Assembly (NCBI GenBank): GCA_000934665.2
Contig: KZ538479.1
Span: 1-64,000 of the forward strand
Source of the DNA: Catajapyx aquilonaris
Lineage: Eukaryota
Reading direction: 5' to 3'
Length of the DNA: 64,000 nucleotides
Under the pieces are notes generated by a model. The model did no database searches. It worked only from the letters and a program-made list of their open reading frames with translations, and was not told where the DNA came from. Shown piece by piece: positions 35,187-49,139 of this stretch. The position numbers were made by a program, and so were the translations under genes. Numbering within the stretch: the first letter of the stretch is position 1; each line of letters opens with the position of its first letter.

Positions 35187-35590
35187 GGCTCTCAAACGGC
35201 ACATACCTGGGCTACTCAAATGACTGACCGCGGCCCGATTTTGCCGCGGCAATTTTGTCCTGACCTCTTCCATGTCCATAGTATAAAGGAAGAACACGGT
35301 CTAATGGGAGGAAGAATATGATTGTAACTCCACGTATACTGTCCGAATGTATTACAGTGTATGTCGATGTTATTTAAAAAATTTCTGAGGTTCAATGGGT
35401 TACTTGGAACCTCCGCGGCGTCATAACAGAAGTCTGGTAACTGCAGTTCAAAGCAGAAGCTCGATATCACATGCGGGCCCGCAAAAATATCTTTTTTTCC
35501 CCGCACGCATTTCTCCCATTCTATTGGAAGCGGTGCTTAGGATACAACTTGACAGTGTTTCCGTACACTTATGTGTGCCTTGAGAGCCGT
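35187..35590. mobile_element. Possible degraded MITE
   Basis: GGCTCTCAAACGGCACATA versus TATGTGTGCCTTGAGAGCC inverted ends; no TSD found. Confidence 0.35.
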
Positions 35591-36544
35591 GAATCTGTGT
35601 TCGAATTTCCGGACTATCCTATAGGGAAAATGTAATTCCATAATTGCGCCATCAAGTGAGGAAATTTGAACAGTTCACAACTCAACATGCCGCCAATAAA
35701 TTGCGAGTTTCCATTTGATTCAGAGCTGCTGGAAGCAAAAATAAATAGTAAAATACCTGCAAAGGGAGTTTATTTTCGTGGCAAGCAATGAATTATTCGA
35801 GACAATTATTATTACAGCCCAAGAAAAATAAATCATACTACTTTACTTAGGCTATCCTACTAGCCCAATGAAATACCCAAACTTCACCGTCAGGTCAGGC
35901 CAATTTCGCCCAAAGATTTACGTCCAACACATCTTCCAACAAAATTCTCGTCCAATATACTGTACCTATGTAAAAATTGTCCATTTATCAATGAACTTCA
36001 TAAAAACAAGAATAAATACTCCATTTATGGTTTTCCCTCAGACATGCCCTATCATTGAGTTTGTCCTTGGGCAAATATATTTGAACAATGTTTTGCCTGA
36101 AAGAAAAGGCACATTCACATAGGAAAAGAATTCCGCGTCGGACAAACTGTCTTTGTACAAAAATGGTTTGGAAGAAGTGTTACGAGTATGTAGGCTAACT
36201 GTAAGCCACTCTCGCCACAACTTCAGCGACTCAGGATTTTATTATCATCACTTCAAATAGAAAATGACACTTCCCCACTAATCGTCCTTATTCATGTCAC
36301 AAAATTCCCGGTAAAATTATTTTTATGCGCTTGTGTGGATGGTGGGAGGCCAGGGTGGATCTTCTCGGAAACTCCGGACCTTCATCAAAAGAAATGTAGA
36401 TATTGGACTTGAGTAGCCCTGAATGTTATACTTCAAGGTGAAAAAAAACAACAGGAAAGTGTAACTGACCTACCCGAGAATTTCACAAACGATACAGGAT
36501 TTAGATCACTTCCTCTCCATCAGGTATTATTTAAGTGCATAGTA

Positions 36545-36994
36545 CCGTATTACCTCGAAAATTGCAGAATGCCGGTAATTAGGGGGGTGACGAGATTTTG
36601 AAATGCACGTGATAGCTTACAGGCATTCCGGTATTGAAAGCGATGTTTTGTAGGCGCTTTACTTGCCAATAGTGCCAAGTGAAAACGAGTTTCTTCCGAG
36701 AATGGAAAATAGGGAAAATAGATCCTCGCCTACTCGCCTCCTATCAGTCTGCAGCCATTCATGAAGTACTCTATGCTATCTCTTCACAACTTCTGGAAAT
36801 GCGACTTTCCTTTCACTTTCCGAACAAGGTCTAATGCTTATTTAAGTAAAAGCATGAGTTACCGTATATAAAGTAAATTTCAAAGGATAGAGGATATCAC
36901 ATAATTATCTCCGCTTTATATCGGCCGGTCTGATCATCTGGGGTATACGATCCCCATATTCAACTAGCGTGCTCAAATATTCGGTGAAATACGG
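36545..36994. mobile_element. TA-flanked Tc1/pogo-type non-autonomous element
   Basis: TA|CCGTATTACCTCGAAAATT ... AATATTCGGTGAAATACGG|TA. Confidence 0.55.
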
Positions 36995-38754
36995 TATGTA
37001 ATTACTTTATGCATATTTGTCAAACTTTCCTGGTATAACATGGATATTACATGCATAATACATTATGTTATTACCGCTATTATTTAAATCGTCAGTAGTA
37101 CGAGTATATGGCTGTAATGAAAATAAAAATTCAGTTTTGTATAACAGGAAATTATTATCACGTAACCCTGTGCAGCTAAGGAAAAACCCCGACAAAAGTC
37201 GTGTATAGTAACACCCTAACAGGATGGGAACTAACTCAAAAGTAACGAGACCCAAAATGAAACCATTTTGGCTGTAATTTTCTTTCATTACTGAAGTTAT
37301 AGGCTAATGTGCTTCGCACCCGAGGAACACCACATTACTGAAGGGTTGTCGCAAAATTATACAAAGTATTCTTTTATAAATAAAGTATAGGCCTACTATA
37401 GACATAGCCAACTCTTCGTTTTCTAATAATATTCGTGAATGAAGTACTCCGAATATATTCACGCCTACACCTTAATGAAGTCATTGCATTGGTTCGAGTT
37501 ACTGCATTGACATAAAAGCGACTATAGCAGTAAATAAAATATATTTAAAATTTTAAAGTGACATCATGATATGGTACCGGTATATCACTTTGGTGTCTTG
37601 AAAAGTTAAAACTGAATCATGCGTCATTAGGGTAGGATTCACGATTCACTGTAATACAATGCGGAACCTGAACATAGACTACTTGGCTATGTTTCAAAAA
37701 ATAGCGTCAGAATATCAGTGTTCAGTGAAAAATTAGCGAAGTGGTCAGAAAATCGCTCGAGTCTGCCGATTCAGAAGATAAGTGAAGTCAATTAAATTGG
37801 AGAGATAATGTTGTAGTCTCATTGTCTCAAGTTCTCGGCAAGGAAATTTGTTCTCAGTTGATCGGTAATTACGGGTTTATTAAGAATTACACGCGATTTT
37901 ACCACAGTATACTTACCGCGTATCTGTAAATTGAATTCAAAACCGTATATGGATAATAATTTCTCGTAAGCTCAGTTCCACTCTTGTCGTATAGCCTTCA
38001 GGTGCAGTAGACCTACGAGTACAGGTATATAGGAAGTTACATAGACCATTAGAAATCTCATTTAATGGACTTTCCGATCAGTGCCAAACGTGCAGATTAG
38101 TTCACGATTGCAAGCGTCAGCGAAATATCTACCGACAGGAACACAAACTCGATTTGCAAACACTACGCGAATGACTTAACACATTAGTTACACTACTTGA
38201 TTATGAGACAAAAAAATGCTGACTTGTCCTAGTTGAATAAATTGTCTTTGAAAGAGTTTGACCGAAATAATTTTCCGATACAGCATAAGCTCATGTAGTA
38301 CCGTATATTGTATAGAAATTTAGGGCCAATATACGTAAAGGTGAAAATGTCTTGGGCTCTTTGCAGCCAGTGAAGTTACCTTCAAGTCTGGCGTAGAATC
38401 AGAATCAAACATAGTCTGGATGTAACTCACTGCTACAGGCGACACGGAACATCGCGTCGGCGAAATTTTTACGAATTTTTACCGAGCTCAATCCTGAAAC
38501 ATCCGCTACTGCACAGCCTGTTTCACAAAACCTGTTACTTCATTGAATCGAGCTTCTAATATTTGGAAAGGCGAATAATTATTATTGTGCGCACGTAACC
38601 CATAAATAATGAACAGTGTTTTAATGTGGGAGATTCATCTTTTTAAATACGGTGAACACTTGTATTTACCACTTGCTTTGCCTGAGGAAATAATGGTACT
38701 CACTTGAGCGGGTAGAGCTGCATGGCTGGATACTCACTATCTCTTGAATCTATT

Positions 38755-38984
38755 GCAACTGTAACTCCAGATATATGATTGATCGGGTTATGCACGAGAC
38801 CGAACACCGTCTTTTATTATCTGCCGAGCAACAAATGAAGCTCATATCGAAACAAACTAAGGTGAGACCAAAACCTTAGACATTTCTTAGCATTTCAAAA
38901 TTTAAATCATTCGGATATGTCTACAAGACTGTTTTCGAGCTATATGGTTTTAAAATCCGAGCATTCTTTTTCGATCACCCTGTA
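38755..38984 (+). mobile_element. Tc1/mariner relic, second copy, with right TIR
   Basis: VTPD..IDRVMHETEHRL..CRATNEAHIETN* remnant ending GATCACCCTG|TA; homologous to 4940-5247. Confidence 0.7.
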
Positions 38985-39360
38985 TTTTACAAATAGAAGT
39001 CATTGATTGGGCAATATAGTTAGTGTCATTCAAGTTAGTTCAATGCAAGGGTCTGTACATACGCGTTCAATTAGTCCATTTTAAATTAATCAGCGTAGAA
39101 TTGGGGGCCAACTTGTAAAACTCCTGATTTTATAAACCAGCTAGTTTTATTTTTAACAACCAACTCCCGCTGCCCACACAACTAGCCCGAAAACCTAATA
39201 ATATCCGTCCTGAAAATGCGCAGTGAAAGAAGAAACAAACATTTAAGTTGATTAGTCTCGAGGCTAACCTCGGTTGAGCAGAAACATTGTGTTGGGACGT
39301 CAGTTTAGTCGAGTGGGCGGTACTGTACCTTGATGTTATCATTGAGCAATATACGACTTA

Positions 39361-39487
39361 GGGCCGGTTTCACCGAGCTCAGTATATGATAAAACCAGGG
39401 TTCTTTCTCAAAATCCCTATCTATTTGTATGGGATTTTCCTAAAGAAACCTGGTTTTATCATATACCAAGCTCGGTGAAACCGGCCC
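39361..39487. mobile_element. PIF/Harbinger (Tourist-like) MITE, intact
   Basis: GGGCCGGTTTCACCGAGCT / AGCTCGGTGAAACCGGCCC TIRs, near-palindromic interior, TTA TSD. Confidence 0.92.
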
Positions 39488-40042
39488 TTATTCATACTGT
39501 AGCAACGACGTGTAAGTTTTTATTTGGAGAACCATATACAAGAGAAATTATGCAGAAATTTCTGCGCCTTGTGCTGCATTTAAATGCCTCTGTTGAGTCA
39601 ATGTGGGAAATACTAATATCGTACTTGTAATATAATAGTTAATGCAACTGTTACGTGTGGGGATCCGATTTAGGCCCGGTTGTAAGAATGTTAACTAAGG
39701 GGAAATTACCTTACAAATCCGTGCAATCCCACCTTTTTCTTTACAATCGCCATCATATGAATTACAGTGTTTTCTAATGTTTTGGTCGGTGGTTCGAAGA
39801 CTTCTGTGATGTGATCATTTTTCAATAATACTAAACAAGAACTGCTATTATATCCTGAGAGAGGTGCCTTGCAAGGTGAGGTGTGTGGCTTACCAGTAGG
39901 GAGCGGGAACCATGTGGAGCACGAACTAGTCAAAAATTCAAATTATTTATGGAGGAAAAGGCGACCAAAGATAAGTTATACAGTTACTTAAGTTTCTTAC
40001 TAATCAAAGACAAATATGCTCTAGTTTTAGTGCAATTTTGCC

Positions 40043-40224
40043 GGCTACGCTATCATGCCGGGTGACTCCGTACTTTTACCTACCGGTACTTTCCTAGGCT
40101 TGTATCCGCTAAAGGATAGGCGTACATCCGCTCGCCGGGAAGGAAAGTTACTCTCATGGGGTAGGTTGATACAGCGTGCCCCTACCCCTACCACATTCGG
40201 TCTCCCGATATGAAAGTCTTTCCA
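40043..40224. mobile_element. Interspersed repeat, copy 2 of 34214-34408
   Basis: Shared TTTCCTAGGCTTGTATC...GGAAAGTTA...CCACATTCGGTCTCCCGATATGAAAGT. Confidence 0.75.
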
Positions 40225-40547
40225 TTTTGCCTTCCTAAGATAGATTATTGCATGTCGATTTTGGTTATGTCAAACATATTAATCATACGATCATCTTGCT
40301 GGTTATCTTACTCGACAACGGTGTGTTACCGGCGCCAGAATATCCTCTATTGTAAAATAACAAATTATTATACCCTTAAACGGAGGTGAACTCGGTCCAA
40401 AATTTCCGTTTTATGAAGATATAAGTGTGAAGATATCAACCCACAACTGTGAAATTTTTTATTAGGTGTTAGACTACGCTGGTCAAAAGGGCGAGTACAA
40501 AGAAATTTTTTCTGTGCACAATGGTGCGTGGGAAAATTTATGACGTC

Positions 40548-40589
40548 ATGGCCAAGTCCACCCCAACCGGTGGGGGTGGACTTGGCCAT
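40548..40589. repeat. 42-bp near-perfect palindrome
   Basis: ATGGCCAAGTCCACCCC-AACCGGTG-GGGGTGGACTTGGCCAT, one mismatched pair; preceded by TGACGTCA. Confidence 0.85.
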
Positions 40590-43500
40590 CTAATTTCCCA
40601 ATTACAAATGCACTGTGGGAAACGAGTTCTGCTAGGAATTTTTTTAAATGTGTTTTTAAGGAACGATAAGCTGTAATACATATTACCACCACTGGAAAGG
40701 TTCGCCTTCATCTCTTAAATGTGGACAATACCATTGCTTCTCCATTTCTTGATTTGCAAAATAAAGTTTCCGGGCATTTCCACGTAAACACGGACATGAC
40801 ATCGCAAATTTTAACCCCATAAAATCAACCGGAAAGGAACAGGCATTGGTGGGAGAAGGTTCCATCATGGGTCTGTTTCCCACGGGATTGTGAAATACAA
40901 TGTCCCGCCAGGCCAGTGGAGACAGTGGAAAATGAAGGAAATGTGGAAGCCGCGAAAGTCGAGATGACACATCATATTCAGGCTTATTATTCGACGTTGT
41001 TACGCAAGTTGAGTCAGTGCGCCATGTTACATGTCCTTGCGGCGGCCCAAAGGAATGACTGTACATGCAATTCTTGTAATCTGCAATCAATGTCAATGAG
41101 TAATATTGGCACAAACCTGACAGGTTTCAGTGTCCATTCGTTACGGCAGCATGGAGAGATCGGCGCTGGTGTTGCCATTATATGAAAACTTGAAGATCAC
41201 TATGATTTCTCTTCCTTCAATACTTCTCTTGCCAACCTCGCAAGAAATGGACGTTTCTGACCTCGAAGCTCGCAGATTTTCGACACTGTTGGCGTGAAGG
41301 CGGATTTTTATGTCTCGGACGCGTTCGTTTGTTACGCAGGCTTTGAAGACGTGTACAAGGGTATGTTACCGTAACGAAATGCATGCACTGCATGAAATGG
41401 ATCCCAGCATAGCCACATGCTTCATCCAGTATGCTACCATTTTCCCTGACACCTATTTATCCTCTCTGAGAACATTTTCATTGGGGAAATAGCGTACGAC
41501 TGTCCGTTCGTTAGGCGTGGAAATTCCCTTCCACACTATGAAAATTTGGTGGTTTCATAGGGTGGACTTAACATTTATTTCCTTGCTCACCTATGGCGAC
41601 ACAGGTGAATTTTTTTATGTACAACATGGTAAGCGCTGCCTTAATGGCATGATGTGATTTAAAGTCTCATTTTTATAATACGTGTTACCTTAAATATTCA
41701 TTAATGATATTTTTTGGAATTGTGGCCAAGTTCACCCTGGCGGGCAACGTCACCCCGTTTGACGGTACTTTTATATTAGTAGTTCGTATAGAACAGAAGG
41801 TGCGCACCATTTTCATCATCCGGTAGGCCTACAGGGATAGTAGTTATTACTTGATGACCAACAATTTAGTGTGGCCGATGTGATACTTTTACAGAACCTA
41901 ATATTTTTTTAAAAATCTATTTAGGGACAAAGTATCAAGCAATATTATTAGAAGTGCATATGGGCCGGTTGTGTGAATACAAAGAAGGGGAAAGTCCGCT
42001 CCGATTATGCATAACAATAGACTACAACAAATTCAGGTTTGAGCTTAATATTTGATCACATACAACTGGTTTTAACGGGTCGCACGGCATTACTGTAACG
42101 ATCCGGCAATTTCTATGAGAGAATGCAAAAAAAACTGCTCTTCGCAATATTTTCCATGACTTCCCATCATCCTCCCCACCCAATGAATTCCGAATAGTCG
42201 GAGTTGGGTCATCTTAAGTGGAGCGTGCGCCTGTTGATGATCGATTGCATTTTCGGACTAAACCTCGTGATTCAATCCCCCACTAGTATCCAGGATGAAG
42301 CGACGGAGACACAACTGAGGAGCAAGAAGCGAGGCCCAGATGCACCCGCTCCGGCCCGGGTAAGGACACCTACACCAAAAGCCTCGCCCGAGCGCATCAG
42401 CTGCTCGTGTCATCGCCCGGCCCCTACGGGAACATTTGACCTAGGGCGGGGGAGGTCAACTCTACCGACAACATGCCGGGGATGGCCAGTCTGAGCAACC
42501 TCAAGAACAGGGTCTTCTCCAGGTAGGTCACTTTGCGATTTTGTTAAGCTCGCGCGAATTTCAAAGTGAGCGAGAAGTCCGCTTCTCGCGAGCGTGTACC
42601 GGGTTTTCAACTTACAATTTTTGCGGGAAAAACCGGCGCAATTCCTTCACAGGGGAGCGATTTTCCCTATTTTTTCCCTCGTCTTTTGGGAGTCCCCAAA
42701 TTGCCTGCATTTCAAGTGACAAGAACAGGAGATAACGAGGGCTGGCGCTGGTGACGACGGAGCGAGAAAGAAAAAAAAAACCGCATTCGTCGGCAAAGAA
42801 GCTGGGTATTATTTCCCAGGTCCCGTTATTATCAGGCCAGATCAATTTCGGAGAAGAAGAAAATAATTCTGCCACGAATCTTCTTTTTATATAGGAATAT
42901 CCTTGAAGTTCGTGCTTAATATCTGTTTTGGTGACCTGAGTTGTGTTCCCACCCGCTAATGTCCCTCTCTTTCCCCGCGGCACAGAAGCTTTTTGCGTGC
43001 ACTTAACAAGCATTTCCGCGGCAGAGAAACCTCGATAACAGAATCGAGGGAAACGCTAAGTGATTTGAACTCGGGGACGAAGCAGACGGAAATAGCGTTT
43101 AAAGGACGGTCTCATTGGGTATGGCATGACCTATTGGTATGGTCACTTGTGCTATTTCAAGTTTTCAACATAACCTAGCCGTGCCAATATTTGTTACAAA
43201 AAAGTTCAGAGCTCGCATATATCTCACACTTCTTAATCAAGTACTCCTATTTGTTCCCCTTTTTAAATCCTGGCCATAACTTAGAATTAGGTTCCGATGC
43301 TATGATAGGGACGCCAAAGGTGCGGAGCGCAGATAGGAACTAATCCGGTGACAAATTCGGACTCGGAAACTGTCCATTCAGCAACTCCCCCTTTCCCTTC
43401 CGCAGGTCTTCTCCTATTCGACTATAATTGTTTCCCTGCTGAAATAAAGGTACAATCTTCACTATTCAGTTGTGAGTAATGCGATTAAGAAGGGGTGTTG

Positions 43501-43861
43501 AAAGGGGGGGTAGAGTGGGAAGGGAGGGGGGTGTCTTTCACACTCATTCTTCCAGGCCAATCTTCTCTTGTAACAAGCTGTTGTCGAATCGGAAAACACC
43601 GTAACTGATACTCCTAATGAGGGGCATTGGTCTGACGAAATGAGGGTGGATATGGACCCCATGGGCATCGTTACACCGGCGCTTTTCATTCTCTAAGATA
43701 CATATAAAAGATGCCTTGCACATAGCAAAAGGTGCCCGATTGCCATTTTTCTTCGAGTTAGTGCGCTTCCTTTTGCGGTCATAAAGTCATTTAATAGTCA
43801 TGCTTGCGAGTCAGTGAAAAAATCCGATGACAAAATTAGACGGTGTTGTTTTACCACCCGA

Positions 43862-43983
43862 TGCCTGATTGCACCAACGGAATTACCGATCCGATAGCTC
43901 CTAACAGATCGTTAGGTAGCCCTTTTAACATGTGCTAACGTTAGAAGCTATCGGATCGGTAATTTCGTTGGTGCAATCGGGCA
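43862..43983. mobile_element. Foldback MITE with ~44-bp TIRs
   Basis: TGCCTGATTGCACCAACGGAATTACCGATCCGATAGCTCCTAAC / GTTAGAAGCTATCGGATCGGTAATTTCGTTGGTGCAATCGGGCA. Confidence 0.8.
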
Positions 43984-46789
43984 CATATGCGGGTGTGTGT
44001 GTGTTTTTTTCCTCGGAAGATGGTGTCATATTGAAAAGTGATTTGATGTTTTTTTTTTCTCCAGAGTCCCTCAGAGCTGATATTTCATATTTTCCGTTCA
44101 TAATATATTCTTCTTAAGAATGTTTCCACTAAATATACACCGGTATATCTTAATAAAATGTGTTAGGTTTCAAGGTAGTTTATCTTTGTTGTGTTGTGAC
44201 TGACGCGCTTGATTTTACTCATATATATGACAAAGTTTTATGAAACCTGTGGATATTCGGATGCATTTTTAAATGCGCTGAATTATATAAAGCTCGTATT
44301 ATTAAATCAAGTATGAAGACATGACACATGGCATCCTATAAAATTTCCACGGTGTAATGCAATAATGAAGGTTTTCATAATCTTCCACTTGAGGTGCACA
44401 AGATAAATGGCACTTGGCTTACTCGGAATGAAACGATGTCACTTAAAAACAAAATAAACATTACAGTCACTCCCTGTGCTCATTTACGACCTGCGCCAAA
44501 CATGAACGTTGCATTTTATATCAATCACTATGTATGACTGTGAGTAATATAAGTCACAAAAAGGTTCTGACAAAGGCATTCTTCACCATACCACCAGCAA
44601 CACTGGCACTTTATAAATCTGAAGTGAAGGTTAGGGGGAAGAAAACACCTTCACCTTATATTATTATTAACGTCCTGACAGTGAGCCAGCATACCGGTAC
44701 GTCTGGAACAAACATTTTTGGCATACTGTATAATTATTCACAAATTAAGTTTTTTGAATTCGTCTCTGTAGGAATTTGTGAACACTCTAAACTTAGACCA
44801 TTGACGATATCTAAAGTGAAGCTCACAACTTATGATTAATGACTAAAATGGTTACATATTGTTACAATACCAACCTTCACTTGGCTCTTCTCCTTCAATA
44901 AGTTTTTTAACGATTACACAAAAGTGAGTGTAACTCAAATTATTCCTACAAATTAGGAAACTCAGCATGATATGGTATACATATGGTTCGCGACTCAGTC
45001 CAAGAAATTCAAGTCAAGAGTTCTGGCAACTAATAACTGAGTTACTAAAAGGCACAGTCCTATTGTATATTGTAGGGCTACCCTCCACTGACCAATTACA
45101 CAAGACGCAAAATCCCCGGCTTTGTGTATCAACAATCCAAAATCTAGATGACTTACAAATTCCCTGAAACCCACTGCACGCTGTTATCGCTGGCCATTGT
45201 GGAAATAAATCATTTTCTATACGGCCACAACTGTTCCGGAGTCTTGATTGGCCAGCTCAGGAAGTGGGAAAGCAACAAAAACAACAGGAGTGGCAAAGCA
45301 AACAACTCCCAGCGACATAACCTGGAATCTGTGGCTTCCGGTGGCAAGAAATTCCCTGGTGAGCTTTGTTTCGGACATGAAAGGAAATCCACAGGGGATG
45401 GCGGGGAGGGAGGATGGTTCTTCTCTCCCTCCCTGGCTCGCTTGTGAAACAGGACGCCGCCTTTTAAAAATTTCATTAACGATGCTGTTTTGGCACGGAT
45501 AATGGTGTCGCTTTCCCCGTTTTGCCTTTTCCTTGAAAGTCGATCCTCTCCTTTCAAACACTCCGAATATCTTCTTCCCCCAATAAGTACCTGAAGTTTC
45601 ACCTTTCATATTACCAGTTCGGAACTGGAATCTGGATGGTTTCAAACTTGGCATATCTTTTTAGGTCCTGGAGCTATCTTTTATCTGGCCAAGGTCTTTC
45701 CCGGGTCTCCTCATTCGTTTCTGACGCTATTCTTCCCGCGTCGGGAAAGCATCCGCAGAGGGGAACAAGATTAATGATTTATGCCGGAAATTGAGCTTCC
45801 CTTCCCCCGCCAGAAGTCCCCCTTTTGACTGCCGGACCCCAGATCTGCATAATGGTCCGGACTCCACTTTGGGGGAGGTCAGGAAGTTCACTCGCCCCTT
45901 ACGTCTCAGCATCCCATGGCCGATAAAACTGCCCTCTTTTCCCCCCTCCCATCCTCTCCGCATGGAAATGTACCAGAGTGGTCCCCCTCCACCTCCCACA
46001 AGTCCCTTTATGGCGACTCCTGTGGGGGAGACCCGAAGGTCCATCAAAACAATCGCCTTTATAAATAGGGGCCCCCGAGAGACTCCATTTAGTCACTCGA
46101 CGGTCGTTGCGGGTTACCACCTTTAGGATTTATTTCCAGGATTGTAGCCGTCCTAACTTTTATACGCGTGGGAAGAGGTAGATTTAATGCCAAGCTGTTG
46201 TAGAATGACATAGCCACAAGTCCAATAGATGATACTTAATAAAGTTTAAAAGATTTGTTAAGGAGGGACTGACCCGGACAAGCCTTTCAGCGCCCCTCTA
46301 ATACCAACAGATGACACTGTAAGAAAGTTCGAAATGTCATGATATTAGAACTTGAACTTTAGTAAGAAAACTACAAAAGTGTATCCTACATGTACAATAA
46401 AAACGGTTCGTGTTTTTCGCTGCTTTTCCCCCCTAGTGCATATATAGAAAAAAAATCCCATGAAGCACGAATCGCTTCTTTTCTAAAAAGCCTCCCGCAA
46501 AGGAAGAGGAGAAACTGCGGACGTGCCGTATTTTAAAAGCTCCCATCGACATTTGCGACTGCGAGCGGGGAAAAGCGGGGGGTGACGGAGAGGAAGGGAA
46601 GAAAAAAAAGGGGAAAGATTCGAGTCATAAAGCTGGCCGAGTGGAAACTTGATAAGTTTCTCAGATTCACTCGCCTATATCTCTTGGCAGCAGCAGAGTA
46701 GGGGCCTGGCTCACACAGAGGGGGGGCGGGGGAAAGGGGGGGTTGGATACCAGCCAAGTGCACTAGCTCTCAAATAGATTTTAATCTAG

Positions 46790-47059
46790 AAAACAAAACA
46801 TTTATAGAGCCTCATTCTTATACCTGAACACCTTTCATACTCCGTTTTACACTTTTTTCGATTTTCGGGTTCTGGGTCCACTCTATCCGCCCTTTCCCCC
46901 TGACCTCCCAGTCCCCCCGCCGCGCCGCCCCCTCCCCCAGATCACCCTTCCCCCCCTCCCTCCTCCTACCGCATGATACATGCTGCCTGTCCACAGACGG
47001 ACGGACGGACAGAGCCGTGCTATAAGACTTTTTCCGATGGATGAAAAAATGTCTAAAAG
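46790..47059 (+). mobile_element. DINE-1/HINE-like (Helentron-associated) element
   Basis: (GACG)n core ACAGACGGACGGACGGACAGA, weak subterminal inverted motif TTATAGAGC / GTGCTATAA, 3' stem-loop AGACTTTTTCC..GAAAAAATGTCT, A-rich flanks. Confidence 0.5.
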
Positions 47060-48897
47060 AAGGGTTTGCTAGGATAGATTGTTTAAATGGGAAAGGGGCA
47101 GTTGGGGGACAATAGCAGTAAACGTGAAAAAGTCTACCCTAATGACGCTCACGTGATTTGGCAATCTTGTTTGGATCATTGTATGTTTTAAGCCTCAGTC
47201 AACTTACAATACAATGCCTGATCCTATATATATATGACACTTTCACAGTTATTCCATTTCTCTGTCTCTTCATTCTCTTCTCATTGGCGCGGGGCCTTTA
47301 TGGTAGGGTCGCCGTAACTCAGACACAGTTATTCCATTTCTAGTAACTTATGTTAGTTCATTTGCTCATTAATACTATATATTTTTTAAATTACCAAAAT
47401 AATTCAGCCATATAATGCCATAGTTCAATTTACGCAAGGAGTTAGTTGGTCACTCCCTCCTCCTCCATCTTAATACACCTTACAGATTTTTCCCTCCGAA
47501 AGGTGTCTAGATTCGTGAGTAGGGATTTAAGGGAGTTTTTCGCACTTTACTTCCCCACCTCTCCATTTTGGGCTCTCCCCTACCCGCCTTCCCCCTTCCC
47601 CCCTCCATCTTCTTTCCGGTCGCGTGATGATGGAGGGGGTGAAGAACGAGGTGCGATGGAGTGAAAAAGAGGGTCCGAGGTGCAATTTTGGCCCACTTGG
47701 CCCCACCGCCAAATGTAATTGCTTTCTCCAGCATCCAGCTCCAACCGTCTCTCCCATAACGCCATACCCGTACAGCTTAGATTATGTCATAGCGCAATAC
47801 CCATCCGACCTTTTGCCCGTTATATAACTGCACATGTAATTCCTGACATATTCCAAATGGCAGCGATGTTGCCACCTATTTGTGCTCGTGTTTACCTAAT
47901 CTGTATTTGAATCCGAAAAACATGTGCTTATAGTCCCGACAGGAGTGCCAGTGTGCTTAGGGCCTTGTTAGTATTCCGCTCTTGGCAAAGCTTAATACCT
48001 GCTGATGGTAAGGCAAGCCCGCACTTTTAATATCTCGTTTGCGAGCTGGGACAAGAGACACGCTTTGCAATGGACATGACGGGAACCAGAGATGAGGGCT
48101 ACAAGAGAGGAAATGCTCTGAGGGAGGGGGAACTTCCCCTTAATGTTCCTCTATTCTCACGGTTTTTTGCTCCTCTCCTGCTCCATCACTTCTCTCATTG
48201 ATTTCTTCTCCTTTTACATTTTTTTCCCCGATTTCATATTGCATGTCGTTATCATGCTTAAAAGACTCTGACAGACCACGTGCATTCTACAAGCCCCATT
48301 GGCAGGCACAAAGTTGCAACTCACTTTTCAGGCAATAACATGGCCACTATAGGGTCGTAGATAATTCCACACGGTCCAGTACTCGGAGTAATTTACTATG
48401 AATATTGCTCCGGACCAATTTCTATTCCCCTAAAAATTTCCGGTTTGATTTCATGGCATTACGTTCCCCTGGTGATACGGATTAATTACGTCCCTTTTAT
48501 GCAGGAGGCAAACTCGGGGAAAGCTTCCAAGTAGCAATTCAATCATGGAATTAATATGAGTGGGGCTTCCAAGTTTGACTGTTTGGCAGAAAACGCTAAT
48601 TTCGGACACGGATAAAAAAAAAGAGAGTCGGGGAGGCTTGAAATTAATCGAGATGGACGAGGAGATGGGGAGAAGGGGCATGGGGAGCAGGGAGAATCAA
48701 GTTGTCAGCAGGCGTATGAGCCGGAAGACACGTGCTCTTTTGGCCCAGATTGACTCACGGATGGCTGCAAAACTTGGACAATCCCGGTGGGATTTCGGAT
48801 CCGAGATTGAGTCCGGACCTTTGCAGTAATCCTGTAGCAGGCCGCCGATTAAAACTTCCCGATGCGACGTGTGCAATGCTGTTTGAATGCTGAAAAA

Positions 48898-49139
48898 CCT
48901 TGAGTTGCAAAAGGTCCCAAGTCCAACCACCTCAACTTTTCAGGAGAGACAAAAAACCGAAATTGATAAGTAATGATCGAAATGGGGGGGGNNNNNNNNG
49001 ATTTTCGTGATTTTTTCCCCCATGAATGAACATTTCGGACTCTCTTTCGTTCAAAATATGCGCCTTTCCCCGTACTACTCCCCATATGTGTAACTCTAAA
49101 TCGTCAAAATGTGGACTTGGGACCTTTGGATACTCAAGG
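48898..49139. mobile_element. MITE-like element with ~28-bp TIRs
   Basis: CCTTGAGTTGCAAAAGGTCCCAAGTCCA / TGGACTTGGGACCTTTGGATACTCAAGG; contains an N gap; no clear TSD. Confidence 0.7.

Noticed and set aside
40683..41492. Coding-like stretch with 143-aa and 89-aa ORFs
   Set aside because: No recognisable motif in the frames read; it could be a decayed TE gene, but this cannot be supported without a search.
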